64,000 nucleotides of DNA. Origin: an uncultured delta proteobacterium (GTDB lineage Bacteria; Desulfobacterota; Binatia; Binatales; Binataceae). Every line of letters starts with the position of its first letter. Position 1 is the first letter of the stretch. Location: NCBI GenBank assembly GCA_963808235.1, contig CAWEEQ010000004.1:1312001-1376000 (forward strand), given 5' to 3'. The notes beneath the pieces were generated by a model. That model was given only the letters and a program-made list of their open reading frames with translations, was not told the DNA's origin and searched no databases. Positions 61,821-64,000 of the stretch are shown one piece after another. A program made the position numbers and the translations under genes.

Positions 61821-62885
61821 CTACGCGTGCTGTTCGGCGTAGAGCTGGCCGCATGCCGCCGCGATATCCAGTCCGCGGCTTTCGCGGATTGTAGCGGTCA
61901 AGTTACCGTTACGCAGCACCGCTTGAAAGGCCTCGACGCTGGCGCGTGGACTGGTCCGCAGCGGAGATCCTTCGAGCGGGTTGTAGAAGATCAGATTCAC
62001 CTTGGCCTTCATCGGAGCGAGCAGTTTGACGAGCCGGCGCGCGTCAGCGATCGAATCGTTCACCCCCGCAAGCATCACGTACTCGAACGTGATCCGCGCG
62101 CGGCGCTTGAGCGGCAGATTGCGGCATGCGTCGAGCAGAACTTCGAGCGGATAGCGCTTGTTGATCGGCGCGAGACGGTCGCGAAGCTCGTTAGTCGTCG
62201 CATGCAGCGACACCGCCAGGTTGACGGGGATCTCTGCGAGCAGACGTTCCATCATTGGAACCAGGCCGACCGTCGAGACGGTGATGCGGCGTGGCGAGAT
62301 GTGCATCCCCCACTCCGAAGTCATGATCGTGAGCGTGCGGATGAGGCGCGGATAATTCGCTAAAGGTTCGCCCATGCCCATAAATACGAAATTTGTGACG
62401 CTTGCCGTTTCTTGCCGGCGCGCAGCGTGGATCTGGGAGAGCATCTCGGCGGCGGTGAGATTGCGATGCAAGCCCATCCGGGCGGTCGCGCAGAACTCGC
62501 ACGCCAGCGCGCATCCGACCTGGCTCGACATGCAAAGCGTGACGCGATCGTCGCTGGGAATTATCACCGACTCGATCTCTTCGCCGTCGGCGAGCCGTAT
62601 AAGGAGTTTGCGGGTACCGTCGGTGGAACGGGAGACGAACGATTCCGCCTCGGCGGCGATCGTGAAGTTTTGCTTTAGATGTTTGCGGAGTGTCGATGGC
62701 AGATCGCGCATCTCGTCGAATGAGTCCGCGCCACGAGCGTGCAGCCAATGGAGAATCTGACGGGCGCGATACGGCGGCGCGCCCGCATCGGCGACGACTT
62801 GCTCGACTTCATCGAGCGTCATATCGCGGAGATTCGCGCTCGTTGATGGCGAATCTGCCGATGTTTCCTGCGATGTTTCCTGCAA
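61821..62885 (-). CDS. rlmN: 23S rRNA m2A2503 methyltransferase (radical SAM)
   Basis: GCALACEFC, MGMGEP, SLHA, AACGQL. Start codon uncertain. Confidence 0.95.
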   Translation of the reverse strand: MQETSQETSADSPSTSANLRDMTLDEVEQVVADAGAPPYRARQILHWLHARGADSFDEMRDLPSTLRKHLKQNFTIAAEAESFVSRSTDGTRKLLIRLADGEEIESVIIPSDDRVTLCMSSQVGCALACEFCATARMGLHRNLTAAEMLSQIHAARRQETASVTNFVFMGMGEPLANYPRLIRTLTIMTSEWGMHISPRRITVSTVGLVPMMERLLAEIPVNLAVSLHATTNELRDRLAPINKRYPLEVLLDACRNLPLKRRARITFEYVMLAGVNDSIADARRLVKLLAPMKAKVNLIFYNPLEGSPLRTSPRASVEAFQAVLRNGNLTATIRESRGLDIAAACGQLYAEQHA

Positions 62886-63096
62886 TGTTTCGTGGGTATC
62901 GTTCCACAGGGCGAGTATTGTAGTGGAAACGCGGGGCAGTGGGCAGGCTGAACAAGTTGGGACATCCCCAACGTGACACGGTAGATGGCCGAATTATTCT
63001 GGTTTATGTGACAGGCCGGATTCTAACTCCCGCTCAAAGCCCCTACAAACTGTAGTAAAACGATCTCAACGTGGATTCGTCGCGTTGCCGCTAGCG

Positions 63097-64000
63097 TTAC
63101 TTCTTTGCTTCTTGATGGCTGTCTCTATAGGACATCAAAAAGAATCCAGTTTGTTTCTGGTCGGGCGGAAATCCGAACTCCCAATGAAATTCCGTCCAAT
63201 ATGGCGATTGGGCCGGATCGCGATAGTGAACCACGCCACGCAATTCGATACGGATGCCATTAGGGAAGGGGTCTACAGCCGGATCGTAGACTTCCCCACT
63301 GAGTATGCGCATCGCGACCGTATATCCGATGTCGTCGTCGTTTGGGCTGATATTTTGCGTGTGCAATGGAACTACATAATTACTCGATCTCTGACCGGCC
63401 TCGATTACCCGATCTTGTATAGGCAAAAGCGTTTCATCTTCGGTGAAGGTCAGTCGCTCCGGAAAATTAAACGTCTGAGCTTTTCCCTTTATCTTGTCGA
63501 GGTAATTCACGATTCCGAGGCGCGCCCGTATCTCACCGATAAAGGCTGGGTTTCGTCCCCAATTTCTAAAGCTTACGACCGCTCCAATTTCTCGCTTGTC
63601 GGAACGGGCATGTACCCTATCCATCAAGTCGGGTTGGCTCGTATACAAGAAAGGCCGATCCAACGAGACGGCATGCTCTGCGGCCTCTGCGGCTTTCGCC
63701 GTGGCCTTTTTCATTTCGTCGGTAACGCCGACCAACTGCCAGTTGAACCACGCAATCAACCCAGTAGCGACAGCGCTGATCCCGACGAACAGCAGCATCA
63801 CCATAGAGTCGCCCTCGCTCTGATCGCTTTTGGTGTTGGAAGTTTTTGTGTCTGCTGGAGTGTGCGCCGGATTGGCAAATGCGAGTGGGGTTGGCTGTTG
63901 AGCGGCTGGCTGTTGTACGAATTCGCGTTGTTTATCCTGTTCGGCGCTTCGCGTGGGATTTGGTAACTCGGCGCTTCCGCTGACCAACGTCAATGCGATC
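63097..64000 (-). CDS. Hypothetical membrane-anchored protein of atypical composition; 5' end probably beyond the window
   Basis: Frame is open to the window edge. Q/P/T-rich linker, TM helix, short coiled coil, beta-rich domain. Lower GC than the core genes. Confidence 0.55.
   Translation of the reverse strand, partial: IALTLVSGSAELPNPTRSAEQDKQREFVQQPAAQQPTPLAFANPAHTPADTKTSNTKSDQSEGDSMVMLLFVGISAVATGLIAWFNWQLVGVTDEMKKATAKAAEAAEHAVSLDRPFLYTSQPDLMDRVHARSDKREIGAVVSFRNWGRNPAFIGEIRARLGIVNYLDKIKGKAQTFNFPERLTFTEDETLLPIQDRVIEAGQRSSNYVVPLHTQNISPNDDDIGYTVAMRILSGEVYDPAVDPFPNGIRIELRGVVHYRDPAQSPYWTEFHWEFGFPPDQKQTGFFLMSYRDSHQEAKK

Overview
GC-rich bacterial chromosome segment, mostly core genes. Gene content and style suggest a deltaproteobacteria-like lineage such as Ca. 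Binatota; this is inference only. It holds hisS-aspS, ald, gcvH, a small glycosyltransferase cluster, tRNA-Leu(CAG), valS-nadC-birA-EF-G paralogue, an NtrY-like kinase operon, a MoxR/VWA pair, dgt, rlpA, the pyrR-pyrB-pyrC-carA-carB-recG operon, lepA-lepB, and rlmN-mtnP-pfkB-GT2-ugd-epimerase. An atypical AT-richer region begins at the right edge. No CRISPR array, rRNA, integrase or transposase was seen. Two regulatory protein fusions stand out. (1) A 648-aa aspartate transcarbamoylase is fused to a PyrI zinc domain, an Ada-like module and a second PyrR-like domain that appears to have lost RNA binding; it sits next to a canonical pyrR and a PyrR attenuator. (2) The cognate response regulator of the NtrY-type kinase is a receiver domain fused to an apparently intact LpxC, suggesting direct phospho-control of lipid A synthesis. 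Other observations: a cyclase-TM-alpha/beta-hydrolase with non-canonical base-specifying residues, single-base frameshifts in recG and lepA, an AT-rich 3' end of valS, and many short intergenic tandem duplications.
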